This document shows positions 62,321 through 64,000 of a stretch of DNA of 64,000 nucleotides, piece after piece. Source of the stretch: Nitrospirota bacterium (GTDB lineage Bacteria; Nitrospirota; Nitrospiria; Nitrospirales; NS-4); assembly GCA_963788195.1 (NCBI GenBank), contig CAWBGA010000001.1, positions 224,001 to 288,000 on the forward strand, in the 5' to 3' direction. The notes under the pieces were generated by a model. The model had not been told where the DNA came from. It saw nothing but the letters and a program-made list of their open reading frames with translations, and ran no database searches. Made by a program: the position numbers and the translations under genes. Position 1 is the first letter of the stretch; each line of letters starts with the position of its first letter.

Positions 62321-63821
62321 CTCCATCTTTCTCGGCCTGCTTTTGATCGGCGTCGGCGCGCTGCTGGGGCTCATGGTTGCTTCCGATCTCGGGTGGTTGC
62401 CCGTCGGGCACGCCGTTCGTGAGGCAGTAGCGCCTCCGCCGCCCGCCCCCGTTCTTCCCGTGCCTGTCATTGTTCCACCGGGATCGGACCGGAATTTCGT
62501 GGACGTCGCGAGAGCGGTCACCCCGTCGGTGGTGAACATTTCCACCACCCGCACAAGCCGCACTCCCGAAGGCCACGGTTTTGCTCCCTTCGAAGATCCA
62601 TTTTTCCGGAGATTTTTCGGCGACGAATTATTCCGACGCTTCGAGGCGCCCAAGGACCGCCGCGAGCGAAGCCTGGGTTCCGGCGTCATTGTGGATCCCA
62701 ACGGTTACATCATCACCAACAATCACGTGGTGTCGAAGGCCGATGAAATCAAGGTGTTGCTGGACAACAAGCGCGAGTTAAAGGCCAAGGTGGTAGGCGT
62801 GGATCCCAAGTCGGACGTGGCCGTCATTAAGGTCGAGGCGCAAGGCCTCCCGATCGTCCCGTGGGCGAATTCGGATAAGCTCCAGGTCGGCGAATATGTC
62901 CTGGCCATCGGGAATCCCTTCGGCTTGAATCAGACCGTGACGATGGGAATCATCAGCGCCGTTGGACGTGCCAATGTGGGGATTGCCGAATATGAGGATT
63001 TCATCCAGACCGATGCCGCAATCAACCCGGGCAACTCTGGAGGGGCGCTCGTGAACGTCCGCGGCGAGCTAATCGGTATCAACACCGCCATCTTCAGCCA
63101 AAGCGGAGGTTACATGGGCATCGGGTTCGCCGTGCCCAGCAACATGGTTCGCTCTGTGATGGACCAGCTGATCAAGGGCGGGAAGGTCGTGCGGGGATAC
63201 ATGGGTGTGTCTATTCAAGAGCTGAGCCAGGATCTCGCCAAACAGTTCGGATCGCCCGAGACGCGTGGTGTCCTGATCACCGACGTCATGGTAGACAGTC
63301 CGGCAAAGCGGGGAAAACTTGAGCGCGGCGACGTCATTATTGAATTCGACGGCCATGCGGTCCTGAACCCCACGCAGTTTAGAAATCTGGTGGCCCAAAC
63401 CGCGGTCGGTAAGAAAGTGCATGTCAAAATACTGCGTAATGGGAAGCAGCGGGACCAGGAAATTATGGTTGTGGAGCAACCGCTCACCGTGGCACGCGCC
63501 GGAGCCGAGCCCGAGGAACAGGAACCACGCACGGAAGGCGTCTTTGCGGGCGTGGAAGTGCGGGATCTTTCTTCCGATCTCATTCGCCGTTTCAGCGTGC
63601 CTCGCGACAAGGCCGGGGTTCTTGTTGTGGGTGTGGCGCAGGGCAGCCCCTCGGAGGAAGCGGGCTTACGCGCCGGGGATGTCATTGCCGAGATCAACAG
63701 AAAGCCGATCACCAGTAATCGAGATTATTCCAAGGTCGTCGGAAGCCTTGGCCCTCAAGATCCCGCGCTCGTGCTTATTCTGAGAAACAGTCGAAATATC
63801 TACATCACGATCAAGCCCTAA
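62301..63821 (+). CDS. DegQ/HtrA-family periplasmic serine protease with two PDZ domains
   Basis: SLGSGVI, TNNHVV, DVAVIK, QTDAAINPGNSGG, GIGFAVP. Confidence 0.96.
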   Translation: MPARSRNSIFLGLLLIGVGALLGLMVASDLGWLPVGHAVREAVAPPPPAPVLPVPVIVPPGSDRNFVDVARAVTPSVVNISTTRTSRTPEGHGFAPFEDPFFRRFFGDELFRRFEAPKDRRERSLGSGVIVDPNGYIITNNHVVSKADEIKVLLDNKRELKAKVVGVDPKSDVAVIKVEAQGLPIVPWANSDKLQVGEYVLAIGNPFGLNQTVTMGIISAVGRANVGIAEYEDFIQTDAAINPGNSGGALVNVRGELIGINTAIFSQSGGYMGIGFAVPSNMVRSVMDQLIKGGKVVRGYMGVSIQELSQDLAKQFGSPETRGVLITDVMVDSPAKRGKLERGDVIIEFDGHAVLNPTQFRNLVAQTAVGKKVHVKILRNGKQRDQEIMVVEQPLTVARAGAEPEEQEPRTEGVFAGVEVRDLSSDLIRRFSVPRDKAGVLVVGVAQGSPSEEAGLRAGDVIAEINRKPITSNRDYSKVVGSLGPQDPALVLILRNSRNIYITIKP

Positions 63822-63929
63822 GCAGTCCCCTCGTCACTATTCGAATTCAGATTCTCCCTTACGGTTGTCGCAGGGCTGTGCTATCATGGGCCGCTTAATA
63901 ACGGATTTTTGCCGAAAGGGGGTGGCTTT

Positions 63930-64000
63930 ATGGTGCTCCGTGCGACATTTGTCGTTCTTTGCATCATCGCGGCTCTTGCCCTATTCTCCGATGGATTCGA
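63930..64000 (+). CDS. Start of a membrane protein (truncated by window end)
   Basis: RBS-like GAAAGGGGG before the ATG; MVLRATFVVLCIIAALALFSDGF. Confidence 0.55.
   Translation, partial: MVLRATFVVLCIIAALALFSDGF

Noticed and set aside
1..64000. CRISPR arrays, tRNA/rRNA genes, transposases, integrases, phage or defence genes
   Set aside because: None seen: the intergenic gaps are short, there are no periodic repeats, and no ORF has the relevant motifs.

Overview
Bacterial DNA in which every supportable gene lies on the + strand. About 1-56 kb is one very large, mosaic surface-polysaccharide (O-antigen/capsule/EPS) locus. It is followed by housekeeping genes: kdsD-like, manC, PMM/PGM, DUF3108-like, fbp, an internally deleted class I aldolase and degQ/htrA. 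A Nitrospirota-like host is a tentative inference from protein style and a REP-like repeat. The locus contains: (i) an unusual MTase / AAC(3)-family acetyltransferase / NUDIX / SGNH / radical-SAM block ahead of Wzm-Wzt; (ii) an EPS-type MarR regulator with a clear palindromic operator; (iii) a WbpB-WbpD fusion plus 2-epimerase, and a Bordetella WbmI/G-H/F-like block, which together suggest 2,3-diacetamido-uronic acids; (iv) a pseudaminic-acid-type pathway (pseB,C,G,I,H); (v) a second, atypical NeuB with SpsF, AKR, SDR, class III aminotransferase, GNAT and WbuXYZ-like amidotransferase; (vi) six SGNH proteins, many glycosyltransferases, a second ABC flippase, a ligase-like gene and WbpL/WbpM-like initiators. 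Recombination scars are visible, including a mosaic 333-bp pseB duplication around an SGNH gene, an inverted pseB fragment and gene stumps. About 21-25 single-base frameshifts, mostly +1, are most likely long-read consensus errors. I saw no CRISPR, rRNA, tRNA or transposase. All family assignments come from motif recognition by eye, not from database searches.
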